NCBI GenBank assembly: GCA_025055675.1
Contig: JANWWT010000006.1
Span: 18,839-58,838, forward strand
DNA from: Pseudanabaenaceae cyanobacterium SKYG29
GTDB lineage: Bacteria > Cyanobacteriota > Cyanobacteriia > Pseudanabaenales > Pseudanabaenaceae
Direction of reading: 5' to 3'
DNA length: 40,000 bases
A program made the position numbers and the translations under genes. The notes below the pieces were generated by a model. That model made no database searches, had not been told where the DNA came from, and saw only the letters and a program-made list of their open reading frames with translations. Each line of letters opens with the position of its first letter. Within the stretch, counting starts at the first letter, position 1. This document shows, in pieces, positions 30,186 to 40,000 of this stretch.

Positions 30186-31688
30186 ATGGAAATTCGTGCA
30201 GTTGCAAATAGCTATCGTGATTGGTCGGGGGACGTGCTGGTGTTTGGGGTGTTCAGCGGTGATCTCCCTGCCCATATCCTAGAGATGGATAAAGAGGTTT
30301 TGGCGAACACGATCGAGGAATTAGTAGCGGAAAACAAGTTCAAGGGGGAAGTCAACAGTGCTGTAGGGGGACGGGTAGGGAGCAACAGCCCGGTCAAAAA
30401 GGTGATGCTAGTTGGTTTAGGTGACCCTGCCAAAGCCACGACAGATACCTGGCGCAGAGCCGTAGCCCAGGCAGTCCGCTGGGCAAACCAATCCCGCTGT
30501 AAGACCATGGCACTAAGTTTTCCCCCCTTCAATGCTGATGCTGACCTCACTGCCCAAATTCTCACAGAGGGGGCACTCCTGACAGCACACCAGGACAAAC
30601 GCTTCAAGTCTAAACCCAAGGAAGAAGACAAAGATAAGGGGGAACCGACCCTGGAAAAAATTGATATTTTAGAAAGTCAAGCCCACGCAGCGATCGAGCG
30701 GGCACGGGTCATCTGCAACGGGGTCATTCTGGCACGGGAACTGGTCTCTGCCCCTGCTAACGTTGTTACCCCCGCTAAACTAGCCGAAACTGCCCAGGAG
30801 ATTGCTAACACCTACCCCGATCGGTTCACAGTGGAAATCTTGGAGCGGGAGCAGTGCCAGGCATTGGGGATGGGGGCATTTTTGGGGGTCGCCCAAGCCT
30901 CCGATTTGGAGCCGAAATTTATTCACCTCACCTACAGGCAAGGGGAAAATCCCACCAAACTGGCAATTATCGGCAAGGGTTTGACCTTTGACTCAGGGGG
31001 GTTGAATCTCAAGACAGGCAACAGTGGCATTGAAACCATGAAAATGGATATGGCGGGAGCGGCGGCTACCCTCGGTTGTGCCCAAGTCATTGGGGCCCTC
31101 AATCCCCCCAATCTGGAAGTACACTTCATCATTGCTGCCTGCGAAAACATGATCAGTGGCAGGGCTATCCACCCAGGGGACATCCTCACTGCCTCTAATG
31201 GGAAAACAATTGAAGTGAACAACACCGATGCCGAAGGTCGTCTTACCCTGGCCGATGCCCTCGTGTTTGCCGATCGGTTAGAGCCAAAAGCGATCGTGGA
31301 CTTAGCGACATTGACGGGGGCTTGCATTGTGGCTTTGGGAGAAAGCATAGGTGGCTTGTGGTCTACAGACGATGAACTAGCCCAAAAGATCGAAGCCAGC
31401 GCTAAACTAGCGGGGGAGAAGTTCTGGCGGATGCCCCTAGAGGAACCCTACTTTGAGGGCATGAAATCCATGATTGCCGACTTCAAGAACGCAGGGGGAC
31501 GCTACGGGGGAGCCATTACTGCTGCCCTCTTCCTCAAGCAATTTGTGGAAAAAACCACCGCTTGGGCACACCTAGATGTTGCGGGTCCCGTGTGGACAGA
31601 AAAGGAATCAGGCTACAACAACCCCGGCGGGACTGGTTATCCTGTGCGCACTCTGGTCAACTGGGTGCTCAGTATGGCAGCAGCCTAA
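30186..31688 (+). CDS. pepA: Leucyl aminopeptidase (M17)
   Basis: M17 signature [14 protein letters not shown], and [10 protein letters not shown]. Confidence 0.93.
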   Translation: MEIRAVANSYRDWSGDVLVFGVFSGDLPAHILEMDKEVLANTIEELVAENKFKGEVNSAVGGRVGSNSPVKKVMLVGLGDPAKATTDTWRRAVAQAVRWANQSRCKTMALSFPPFNADADLTAQILTEGALLTAHQDKRFKSKPKEEDKDKGEPTLEKIDILESQAHAAIERARVICNGVILARELVSAPANVVTPAKLAETAQEIANTYPDRFTVEILEREQCQALGMGAFLGVAQASDLEPKFIHLTYRQGENPTKLAIIGKGLTFDSGGLNLKTGNSGIETMKMDMAGAAATLGCAQVIGALNPPNLEVHFIIAACENMISGRAIHPGDILTASNGKTIEVNNTDAEGRLTLADALVFADRLEPKAIVDLATLTGACIVALGESIGGLWSTDDELAQKIEASAKLAGEKFWRMPLEEPYFEGMKSMIADFKNAGGRYGGAITAALFLKQFVEKTTAWAHLDVAGPVWTEKESGYNNPGGTGYPVRTLVNWVLSMAAA

Positions 31689-31987
31689 GTATCTCTGAGG
31701 CAGCGGCGGTAGCGTTCACAGAGGTGGGCAATCACATCAATAAGAGTGAGGCGGTAGTCCAGCAAAATATCGGGGTTCCGCCCCTCGATCTTCAACTGGC
31801 GTGCCAAGTCTTCCATCAATTCCGCATGGATTTTAATGATGTCACTCACAGCCAGATGGTGGGCAAAGGCTTCCTCCGCAAATTCCTTGACTGCCCGATC
31901 GGTATTACGGTGAAAATAGTCCAAAACGATGTGGCGATACTTTTGCCGCAAGCTCTCTAAAATAGCGGTGGTATTATCATCTCCCAA
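31685..31987 (-). CDS. kaiA: Short KaiA (C-terminal KaiC-interacting domain only)
   Basis: 100 aa. [45 protein letters not shown] closely matches the KaiA C-domain (EIHMEL...QLRLEGR...[18 protein letters not shown]). Confidence 0.8.
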   Translation of the reverse strand: MGDDNTTAILESLRQKYRHIVLDYFHRNTDRAVKEFAEEAFAHHLAVSDIIKIHAELMEDLARQLKIEGRNPDILLDYRLTLIDVIAHLCERYRRCLRDT

Positions 31988-32048
31988 TGCTGAACAACTG
32001 TGGTAACTTTACGATCCTGAATAGATATTAAGACATTCTTAAAAAACT

Positions 32049-32807
32049 ATGGCAGGACATAGTAAATGGGCAAACATCAAGCGGCACAAGGCTAAGGTGG
32101 ATGCCGCCAAGGGACAAATCTTCGCTAAGATGTCCAGGGCAATTATGGTGGCTGCGCGCAACGGGATTCCTGACCCCGCTGGCAATTTTCAACTGAGAAC
32201 TGCGATCGAGAAGGCTAAAGCCGCTGGTATTCCCAACGAAAATATTGAACGGGCAATCGCCAAGGGCGCAGGCATGGCAGGGGGAGAAAACTTGGAGAGC
32301 ATCCGCTACGAGGGCTATGGACCGGGGGGAGTCGCCATCATCATCGAAGCCCTGACAGACAACCGTAATCGTACTGCTGCTGACATCCGTGCTGCTTTTA
32401 ACAAATACGGCGGCAACTTGGGGGAAACGGGGTGTGTCAGTTGGCTTTTTAGTCAGCGCGGCGTAGTGACCGTCAAAAACACTATGACGGAGGAAGAAAT
32501 CCTGGAAGCCTCTCTGGCAGCGGGTGCCGATAGCTATGAATACACCACCTGGCAGGACGACGAACCGGTTGTGGAGATTTTCACAACAGCCACCAACTTA
32601 GAACAGGTGAATCGCTACTTGCAAAACCTAGGCTGGCAGATTCTGCAAACGGAGTTGCGCTGGATTCCCAGTAACACGGTGGAAGTGACGGACAGCGACC
32701 AAGCCCGATCGTTACTCAAGCTCATCGATGCCCTCGACAACCTAGAGGATGTGCAAACTGTCACCACCAACTTTGACATGGCAGAGGAATTATTGGCACT
32801 GGCGTAG
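32049..32807 (+). CDS. yebC: YebC/PmpR-family transcriptional regulator
   Basis: MAGHSKWANIKRHKA, plus full-length similarity to the family. Confidence 0.93.
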   Translation: MAGHSKWANIKRHKAKVDAAKGQIFAKMSRAIMVAARNGIPDPAGNFQLRTAIEKAKAAGIPNENIERAIAKGAGMAGGENLESIRYEGYGPGGVAIIIEALTDNRNRTAADIRAAFNKYGGNLGETGCVSWLFSQRGVVTVKNTMTEEEILEASLAAGADSYEYTTWQDDEPVVEIFTTATNLEQVNRYLQNLGWQILQTELRWIPSNTVEVTDSDQARSLLKLIDALDNLEDVQTVTTNFDMAEELLALA

Positions 32808-32862
32808 GAACAGAAAATGCAGTAATTACGACTACAATGTTGGTGACCCAGTGACCCCCACT

Positions 32863-33711
32863 ATGACCCATAGACATTTTCTCGCTTGGACAGCCTGTCT
32901 TCTCCTGGCTTTACCCGCCTGGGCAGGTGATCCCTTTCGCACCACCAATCCTCGCCCGATCGGCAACGAAACGGAGAAAGCCTTTCAACTCCTGTTCCAA
33001 CAGGGCAACTATCTGGCGGGGGCAAAACAGGTAGATACGGCACTGCGCACGGAAGCCGATGAACCCCTACTCCACAGTCTGCGGGCAGCTATTGCCTATT
33101 TGGAGAAAGACTTTCCAGGGATGTTGGTTTACGCCAACCGCATCAAGGATAACGCCCAGAAACTGTTGCCTAGGGACAAACTACGGGGGCATCTCTACAC
33201 GGGGGTTGGTCTCTTCATGGAAGCAGGGCATATTGTGTCCACCCAAGGAGTAATCAAGGGATCACCCCAAGCGATCGCTGTTTTGCAAAAAGCCCTGGAG
33301 GAAATTGCCAAAGCCCAGGAGGTTGACCCCACTGACCCTGAACTCAATCTGATCAAGGGATACATGGACATTTTAGTGGCGTCTGTGTTGCCCTTAGCGG
33401 ACTTGGAAGCAGCCCTCAATACCCTACGGCAGGCGGCACCTGAATACTTGCGCTGGCGGGGCATTGCCCTGGGCTATCGGGATGCCAAGAAATCTGACCT
33501 CGCCCTAGAAGCAGTGGATAAAGCCATTGCCCTTGCCCCCCAAAATCCCGAACTCTTCTATTTGAAGGGGCAAATTCTCTGGCAAAAGGGTAGTATAGAG
33601 GAGGGCAAACGCTTCTACCGCTTAGCCGCAGAACGATCGTCCCAACTACCCAAGGAGGTAGCGCGCCAGCTTCTCCAGGAATGTGCAGCGATTACGGGGG
33701 CAAAGTGCTAG
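32863..33711 (+). CDS. Secreted TPR-like repeat protein (conserved cyanobacterial hypothetical)
   Basis: Start at ATG 32863 gives a signal peptide (MTHRHFLAWTACLLLALPAWAGD). Helical repeat composition. The track start at 32749 would overlap yebC. Confidence 0.55.
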   Translation: MTHRHFLAWTACLLLALPAWAGDPFRTTNPRPIGNETEKAFQLLFQQGNYLAGAKQVDTALRTEADEPLLHSLRAAIAYLEKDFPGMLVYANRIKDNAQKLLPRDKLRGHLYTGVGLFMEAGHIVSTQGVIKGSPQAIAVLQKALEEIAKAQEVDPTDPELNLIKGYMDILVASVLPLADLEAALNTLRQAAPEYLRWRGIALGYRDAKKSDLALEAVDKAIALAPQNPELFYLKGQILWQKGSIEEGKRFYRLAAERSSQLPKEVARQLLQECAAITGAKC

Positions 33712-34523
33712 ACATTAAATTGGTGGTTTTAGACATCGATGGCACGATCGCGGGGGAGGATAACACCGTCAGTCCCCGCCTTCAGGAGACCATCAAGGCA
33801 GTGCAGGCAAGGGGAGTCAAAGTAGGTATTGCCACGGGCAGGATGTACCGCTCAGCACTACGTTTTCACCAGACCGTAGGGGCAGATGTGCCGTTAATTT
33901 CTTACCAGGGAGCGCTGATCAAAGACCCCCAGACCAATCAAGTTGTCAATCATCTGCCTGTGAGTACGGATTACGCCCTGCGCCTGGTAGAAGACCTACG
34001 TTCCTATCCCGATGTGGTAGTGCATCTTTACATTGACGACCAACTCTATGTAGAAGCACTCAATCCCCAGAGTGAAGCCTACGCCGAACGTTCCCAGGTG
34101 TCGGTAGTGCCCGTTGGTTGTCTCAAAACCTTTTTACAACAGCAGACTCCCCCCACCAAACTCCTAGCCCTAGCTGACAGGGGCGAGCGGGTAGCCCAAT
34201 TGCTCCGCGATATGCAACAGCGTTACAGACGGGATGAGCTATACCTGACCCGCTCCCAAGCCCGCTATTTTGAAGCCACCCATCCCCAAGCGAACAAAGG
34301 CACTGCTGTTCAGTTCTTAGCCGAACAAATCTACGGCTGGCAACCCCACCAAGTGATGACGATCGGGGACAACGCCAATGATATAGAGATGGTGAAATAT
34401 GCGGGAGTAGGGGTAGCGATGGGGAACGGCACACCTGAGCTAAAACAAGTAGCCGATTGGGTAGCCCCCCCTATCACAGAAGAGGGAGCCGCCGTTGCCC
34501 TGGAGAAATTCATCCTAACTTGA
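33681..34523 (+). CDS. Cof-type HAD-IIB phosphatase
   Basis: HAD motif I VVLDIDGTI and motif IV GDNANDIEM. The true start may be the GTG near 33705. Confidence 0.85.
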   Translation: MCSDYGGKVLDIKLVVLDIDGTIAGEDNTVSPRLQETIKAVQARGVKVGIATGRMYRSALRFHQTVGADVPLISYQGALIKDPQTNQVVNHLPVSTDYALRLVEDLRSYPDVVVHLYIDDQLYVEALNPQSEAYAERSQVSVVPVGCLKTFLQQQTPPTKLLALADRGERVAQLLRDMQQRYRRDELYLTRSQARYFEATHPQANKGTAVQFLAEQIYGWQPHQVMTIGDNANDIEMVKYAGVGVAMGNGTPELKQVADWVAPPITEEGAAVALEKFILT

Positions 34524-36456
34524 GCACAGCTTGGCGAATTACCTGATCCAGGTCACCATAAATGTCTTCCCCGCTCACAGTGGTAGCGGCTTTGATGAGG
34601 TAAATTTGTTTCTGATTGCGGCAGCAGAGATGGAGGAGCGTACGGGCAAGGCGCTGGCGACGTAGTTGTTGGTCTATCAGTGGCGTATATTCTCCCCCTT
34701 GCCAATTTGCACTGAGCACCGCAGGATTAAACAATTCCCGACAAATGGGTTTGCGCCACTCTTTACCCGTAATATTAAACCAAATTTGATAGTCAGTCTC
34801 CCGATCGGTCTTGAGGAATTGCAGGGGTGTAGCTACGATAATTTTATCAGCATAATCGACGGGGGGGAAAACCGTAGGAGTCTGTCCTGACCAGAGCATT
34901 TGGATAAAGTCCAGGTTACTGAGAGTGGGAAAAGTGTCAAAAAACCGTTGTACTGCCTGCATTAAACTGCGGAGCACTGACCGGTCAGTGGGATGCATAT
35001 GAAAATTAGGGCTAAACTCTCTAATAAAATTGCCCCAGAGACAATCCAATCTAGGCTGGTCTTGCTGATAGGAAATCAGGCGGCTATGGAAGTAATTAAA
35101 CTCCTCTAGGACAGAATGGGGAATACGGGACGAGGGCAGCACAATAAATTCCCCTGTGGTGCGGTCAAAAGTATTAGCTAGTAAACTAGCCCGAATGGGG
35201 TCAGTGGGGAGACATATACTGAGCAGATTCCGCACTTCCGCCTGGGTAGGAAATAGTTGCCACTCCCGATATACCAATTGGGCAACCGTCAGCATTGCCT
35301 GCACGATCGGGTAGCGCAGAAAAGCCACATAGGGTTGCAAAAATAGGCACCTTTCACCGATGGCAGCTTGTTGCAGCAGCTGAGTCACTACCTGATCAAA
35401 CTTGGGCAGGATAATTGCTATGCGATCGGGTTTCACCCCCTGCTGCAGAAGAACAGAGACAGTATCAATTGTCAAGGCAGCAGCACCTAGGTAGGAGTCA
35501 GCCTGCTGCAGAAATACCCGATCACGATAATTTTCCGGTGGCGGCGGGGGGATAGGAATGCGTAGATTTGTCTCTAGGATTTCACTGATTTTTATCCCCA
35601 GTTTTGCCATGCCCGGGTAATCATTGTTAAACTGGTAAGACATATTGTGATAAATGAAATTAGCCACTCCCCGATCGGCACTGGTATAACTGGCACCACC
35701 TCCCAGAGTGTAAGCTAGGAACAAATTTTTACCCCGTTGTTGTGCCTGCTGGTAAAAGCGTAGTAGCACCTCATTACTTTCTTCTGCCTGATCAACAATT
35801 AAGTAGTCCCAACCCTGCCAAAACCGATCGACCTTGAGCAAAACTTCGCCAAACAGTTGCCACTGGTAGCCGAAATCAATTACCTGATAGGTTAAAGCCA
35901 GCTCCCGCAGGCGGTGCAGACAACAGGGGAGAGAAGCTAACATCTGCTGGTGGGTTTTATCCTGGCGGTTTGTCCAAGCGGTGGCTAATCGTTCTCCCAC
36001 AGTGGCTAAGGGAATACAGTTACTGCTAGCTACATAACCAACGGAGACAATTTGGTCAACAATCTTGTACAGGGGCAGAGGGCAGGACTGAAATCGCGCC
36101 AAATGATCAGGACATTGATCAAATACCTGAGTTAGGAGAAATTGGGTTAAATCTTTAGTTAAAAATACAGGTTGAAAAGTGGTGGGCAGACCAGGTTGCC
36201 TTTGACAAACATCCACCCAGAACTGGGACAATTGGGACTGCACAAAAGGGACAAAACCGTACACCTGCACCGTGCCTCTGCTGTAGCCATAGCGCTCCTG
36301 CCATTGCTGCCGCCACCATCTCCCCTGACTGCCATGGCGCACGAGGACAATGACCCGATCGAGGGGAACACCCCCTGCCTGCAACTCCGCTAACCATTCC
36401 CAACACTGTTGTGTCAAACCGCTGCCAGGTAAACCAATCACTGCCGCCGCTGTCAT
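34510..36456 (-). CDS. Conserved hypothetical, UvrD/AddB-like P-loop protein with degenerate Walker A
   Basis: N-terminal IGLPGSGLT (GxxGSGKT with Leu in place of Lys) and LIVDQAEE (DExx-like). ATGA overlap with the coaBC stop. Function unknown. Confidence 0.5.
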   Translation of the reverse strand: MTAAAVIGLPGSGLTQQCWEWLAELQAGGVPLDRVIVLVRHGSQGRWWRQQWQERYGYSRGTVQVYGFVPFVQSQLSQFWVDVCQRQPGLPTTFQPVFLTKDLTQFLLTQVFDQCPDHLARFQSCPLPLYKIVDQIVSVGYVASSNCIPLATVGERLATAWTNRQDKTHQQMLASLPCCLHRLRELALTYQVIDFGYQWQLFGEVLLKVDRFWQGWDYLIVDQAEESNEVLLRFYQQAQQRGKNLFLAYTLGGGASYTSADRGVANFIYHNMSYQFNNDYPGMAKLGIKISEILETNLRIPIPPPPPENYRDRVFLQQADSYLGAAALTIDTVSVLLQQGVKPDRIAIILPKFDQVVTQLLQQAAIGERCLFLQPYVAFLRYPIVQAMLTVAQLVYREWQLFPTQAEVRNLLSICLPTDPIRASLLANTFDRTTGEFIVLPSSRIPHSVLEEFNYFHSRLISYQQDQPRLDCLWGNFIREFSPNFHMHPTDRSVLRSLMQAVQRFFDTFPTLSNLDFIQMLWSGQTPTVFPPVDYADKIIVATPLQFLKTDRETDYQIWFNITGKEWRKPICRELFNPAVLSANWQGGEYTPLIDQQLRRQRLARTLLHLCCRNQKQIYLIKAATTVSGEDIYGDLDQVIRQAVLKLG

Positions 36457-37649
36457 AAATTTTTTATGTCATCCAGTAAAAGGTGCCCTATTTCCAATTT
36501 GGATACTAACGGATAGACCTTCTGACGACCGTGACAATCCAGGAAAATCCCTTCGTTTTCTGCCCTAGCAAACCCCCCTGTGGGGCGATCGATAGCATTG
36601 ATCAAAATGCCATCCAGTTGTTTGGTCAGGAGTTTTTCTCTGCCTTTCGCTATCATCTCTGCGTCTGTACCTGTTTGCGCTGCCAAACCAATCACTTTTT
36701 GCGCTGGTCGTTTGTTTTGACTGATAGTAGCGATTAAATCAGGAACTGGGACTAGGGGTAAACAGTCGGGTAATTCCGCTTTTGCTAGTTTGTAATTGAC
36801 ACAGGTCTGAGGTTTGACATCACTAACCGCTGCTGCCATGATCAACCAGTCGTGGTGGGGGAATTCTGCCTGCAAAACCTGTTCCAGCTCCAGCGCCGAA
36901 GAGACAACGATCGTTTTACACTCTGGCACTGTTTCAACGGGATTGGCATAAATGAGAGATACTTCTGCCCCCCTGTGGAGAGCTGCTTTGGCGATTGCTA
37001 CTCCCTGTTTGCCCGTGGCGGGATTGCCAATAAACCGCACAGCATCTAGGTATTCCCGCGTCCCCCCTGCTGTCACCAAAATCCTTTTACCTAGCAAGTC
37101 CTGTTTGCCTTTTGTATGCCTGACAGACATAAGATAGTCCAAAATGGTTTGGGGTGCCGCCATTTTGCCGGTCCCGATCGTGTCACAGGCTAGGATGCCC
37201 GTGGCGGGGGGAATAATCACAAATCTCTCTCTTTCTTTTAATCTGGCGAGATGTTCCTGCACAATGGGCTGTGACCACATGATGGTATTCATAGCAGGGG
37301 CAAGTAAGACAGGACAGTTAGAAGCTAGCACCACATTCAGTAACAGATTATCTGCCAGACCCAAGGATAGTTTTGCCAGAGTATGGGCACTAAGAGGTGC
37401 AATGAGAATTACATCTGCCCATTCCCCCAAACTGATATGGAGCGGACGACCGTGCTGCGCCTGCCAGAAATCCCGATCGGTAAACACCGCCTGTCTTGAC
37501 AGCGTGGCAAAGGTAAGCGGAGTGACAAACTCGCAACTTTTTTCTGTCATCATCACGCGGACAGGCACCTGTTGTTTCGCCAATTGCGATACTACTTCTG
37601 CCGTTTTGTAGGCAGCAATACTCCCAGTAATGCCCACCAAGACATTCAC
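36453..37649 (-). CDS. coaBC: Bifunctional phosphopantothenoylcysteine decarboxylase / synthetase
   Basis: N-terminal flavoprotein domain VLVGITGSIAAYK...PAMN and a C-terminal CoaB domain (ILVTAGGTREYLDAVRFIGNPATGKQG). Confidence 0.93.
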   Translation of the reverse strand: MNVLVGITGSIAAYKTAEVVSQLAKQQVPVRVMMTEKSCEFVTPLTFATLSRQAVFTDRDFWQAQHGRPLHISLGEWADVILIAPLSAHTLAKLSLGLADNLLLNVVLASNCPVLLAPAMNTIMWSQPIVQEHLARLKERERFVIIPPATGILACDTIGTGKMAAPQTILDYLMSVRHTKGKQDLLGKRILVTAGGTREYLDAVRFIGNPATGKQGVAIAKAALHRGAEVSLIYANPVETVPECKTIVVSSALELEQVLQAEFPHHDWLIMAAAVSDVKPQTCVNYKLAKAELPDCLPLVPVPDLIATISQNKRPAQKVIGLAAQTGTDAEMIAKGREKLLTKQLDGILINAIDRPTGGFARAENEGIFLDCHGRQKVYPLVSKLEIGHLLLDDIKNL

Positions 37650-39268
37650 GACAACCTTTTACCACCCTTACGGCCAATTTGCACAGTTAAGTCACTGGAG
37701 CTAATACAATCAACCTCATAGTAGCCAAGAATATGGCTAGGACGGGGGTTCCCTTTCGCCTTACCTTTCAAGCCCATTGCCAACAAAACGATACAACAGT
37801 TGTTCGCCTGACACTCCTGTTTCCAGCGCTTAAATACAGGATGTGCCTGCCATTCCTCTGTAAATGCTTCCAAGCGGTAGATATTGCCATTACCTGTCAC
37901 CCATAATCCCACATCACCATTAAATTCAAGAGTAATAAAACCCACACCTTGCAAATTATTCTGCCCCTCTAAAGTACTGATTAGAGAATTAATTTCCGGC
38001 TTAGTGTTTTGTACCAGCAAAGTGGGATGGCTTTTCCCCCGTAACTGTATGTTTTTAACAACCTTATGGGGGGCAATGGCACGCATTAGTTCCAAAGTTT
38101 CGCCGTCAAAAAAAGTCAGCCTGAGTAAACTACCATGGGGAATTATATCTTCGGCAATTAGGCTAGTTTCATCAACCTCAGTTGGCACAAAACTCATAAT
38201 TTCTGCTGCCTCTTCCACCAAAGTTCTAATGGTGATAGGAGTAGGATCAGGTACAGAACTAGGGGTGTAGGTAGCTGTTAAGGGGGGGAACTGGTCATGG
38301 CGAAATTGCTTTTTATGCTGGCGGAAAAATTGAATTAGTACATCAATAGTAGCAGTGATGGCGAGCACCTCTTCCTCATACAAAAACTCCCGCTCCCCTT
38401 CCAAAGGGTGCAAAACGCCAAAGTGGGGATAATAGTTAGTCAGAGTCCAGCCCAGACTATGCATAAATTGCTTCATATCTGGTTCTATTTCCTCATCCCG
38501 ATTGAAGATCATAAATATACAGTCCTGTTGCATAAAGGCATGGGCCATATCTTCCCCCATGCTGTTTAGACGAAACTGCTTGAGATTGTCTAGGCTATGG
38601 TAAAAAATTAAACCAATTTCTAAGCCCAGTTTGCCCATGAACGTGACATAAAAACTAGAGACATCCCACCGATCGAGTTGTACCTCAAGCACTTGATGGT
38701 CGTAGAGATAGTGCCAGGGTCTTTCTTCCCACAGGCGCAGGATTTTGAGATAGAGGGTAGGGGCTAAGGCAGGGGGAAGAGGGGGAGCAATATGGGGGTT
38801 TTGCTCCCTCAGGCTGTTGATGATTTCTTCCACTAGGGGTAGGGTTTCTGCGTATTCGACACTAATTTCTAGTGTTTGCAAAATTCCCCGCAAGTAAAAC
38901 TGGGTTTGCCGATCGTTCAGAATAACCCTCTGGGGACGTAGGGGTGGCAAATTGCCCTGGGGATATTCAATTGCCTGTAACAGAGAACGGACAAATACTT
39001 CCATGCCCCCATTGGGTTCCACCAGAAATACGGAGCGGACAACACCATTAGTAGCATCTGCCCAGATAATGTATTCCACATCCTGCTGTAGGGGGGAAGG
39101 GATAATTGGTACTACGTTAGAAACCAGGCGGCGGGGATTGATGGCTACACCACAGCGCGCTCCTTCCCAGACAAAGGGGCTTTGTTTGATCTGCCGCAAT
39201 CGTCTCACCGTACCTGGCTTGAGGGCTACCATCTCTACTCTCCTACCGCCGTTGTTATACTTTGACAT
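37646..39268 (-). CDS. Conserved hypothetical protein (about 530-540 aa)
   Basis: Long uninterrupted ORF, ATGA-coupled to coaBC. No domain recognised. The second Met (39232) has a much better SD (AGGAG, 7-nt spacer) than the first (39268), which overlaps tnpB. Confidence 0.5.
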   Translation of the reverse strand: MSKYNNGGRRVEMVALKPGTVRRLRQIKQSPFVWEGARCGVAINPRRLVSNVVPIIPSPLQQDVEYIIWADATNGVVRSVFLVEPNGGMEVFVRSLLQAIEYPQGNLPPLRPQRVILNDRQTQFYLRGILQTLEISVEYAETLPLVEEIINSLREQNPHIAPPLPPALAPTLYLKILRLWEERPWHYLYDHQVLEVQLDRWDVSSFYVTFMGKLGLEIGLIFYHSLDNLKQFRLNSMGEDMAHAFMQQDCIFMIFNRDEEIEPDMKQFMHSLGWTLTNYYPHFGVLHPLEGEREFLYEEEVLAITATIDVLIQFFRQHKKQFRHDQFPPLTATYTPSSVPDPTPITIRTLVEEAAEIMSFVPTEVDETSLIAEDIIPHGSLLRLTFFDGETLELMRAIAPHKVVKNIQLRGKSHPTLLVQNTKPEINSLISTLEGQNNLQGVGFITLEFNGDVGLWVTGNGNIYRLEAFTEEWQAHPVFKRWKQECQANNCCIVLLAMGLKGKAKGNPRPSHILGYYEVDCISSSDLTVQIGRKGGKRLS

Positions 39269-40000
39269 ACTCCCCGTGCTTTAGCACTGGGATTCTTGTT
39301 CTTAGTTCAGCGACAACACTTACCAGTTCAGGTTGCCCCTCCCTGGCAGCGGTGTTTATCTCCCCAAGCGTTCCCTCTTGCAAGGCGGTTCCCTTTTGCC
39401 CAAAGGTACCGTTGGCACCCAACATCGCCAATCCCCTCTTGACAATGTTCATCGCTGCTGCCTGGTCACGGTTAGCAGTGAACCCGCAGTTAGGACAAGT
39501 ATGGGTGCGAGTGTTTAGCGTCTTTTGCACCCGATACCCACACTCGGAGCAGTCTTGGCTGGTGTAGTGCGGTGGCACTGCAATCACCACCTTATGCCAC
39601 AGCTTGCCAAAATAGTCCAGCCACTGTGTGAACAATCCCCAAGCTGCATCATGGATTGACTTGGCTAGGTGCCTGTTTTTCACCATGTTTCTAATTTGCA
39701 AGTCCTCATACACCACGATGTCGTTAGACATCACTACGCACCGAGCGAGTTTAATCGCCCAGTCTTTACGCTGGCGTTGGACTTTAAGATGTACCCTACC
39801 CAGACGCTTCCGCTGCTTGTGGTAGTGCTTGCTTTGTTGTTTCCCTTTTCGGTACTTTCTACTTAGTCTCCTCTGTTGCTGCTTTAACCTCCTCTCTGTA
39901 CGACGTAAAAACTTGTGGTACTCTACCGTGTTACCGTGCTGGTCGGCATAGAAATACTTCAATCCTAAGTCTAACCCTATCACCTGCCCCGTATAGGGGA
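39255..40000 (-). mobile_element. tnpB: IS200/IS605-family TnpB (OrfB) RNA-guided nuclease gene, 5' part beyond the window edge
   Basis: RuvC residues in IGLDLG, VVYEDL and ANRDQAAAMNI. Zn finger CSECG...CPNCG. The frame is still open at position 40000. A hairpin at 39272-39291 lies in its 3' end. Confidence 0.85.

Noticed and set aside
32749-32862. 38-codon N-terminal extension of the TPR-like protein ORF
   Set aside because: It overlaps the yebC 3' end. The Met at 32863 gives a clean signal peptide.

Overview
Cyanobacterial chromosome segment. The evidence is hyper-abundant CGATCG (HIP-like) palindromes and cyanobacteria-typical genes (hesA, hesB, fdxH, kaiA, a CP12 fusion). Left flank (1-7.7 kb): ftsQ-ftsZ, prs, ctaA-ctaB, ugd and a convergent ispH. 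Centre (8.5-30.1 kb): modA-modB-modC plus a complete, uninterrupted Mo-nitrogenase regulon in two divergent units. The minus-strand unit is a Cys-rich ORF, a 26-codon micro-ORF, nifV, nifZ and a CnfR/PatB-like regulator. The plus-strand unit is nifB, fdxN-like, nifS, nifU, nifH, nifD, nifK, a Mo-nitro_C-like ORF, nifE, nifN, nifX, DUF269, DUF683, nifW, hesA, hesB, fdxH, feoA, fdxB and CBS-CP12, ending in an intrinsic terminator. Right flank: pepA, a short stand-alone kaiA, yebC, a secreted TPR-like protein, a Cof hydrolase, and a minus-strand operon (hypothetical, coaBC, degenerate helicase-like protein). A partial IS200/IS605-type tnpB runs off the right edge and abuts that operon. I saw no rRNA, tRNA or CRISPR array. 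The gene set itself is a known type of system. The less obvious signals are: (1) an octamer, TGTACTCA, found 5 times exactly, only in nif/mod intergenic DNA; (2) an FdxN homologue missing two cluster-ligand cysteines; (3) a CnfR-position regulator without canonical ferredoxin motifs; (4) a CBS-CP12 fusion as the last nif-cluster gene; (5) an SD-preceded micro-ORF not in the ORF track; (6) kaiA with no adjacent kaiB/kaiC; (7) all four convergent gene junctions overlapping at their 3' ends. All family calls come from my recognition of the translated sequences, not from database searches.
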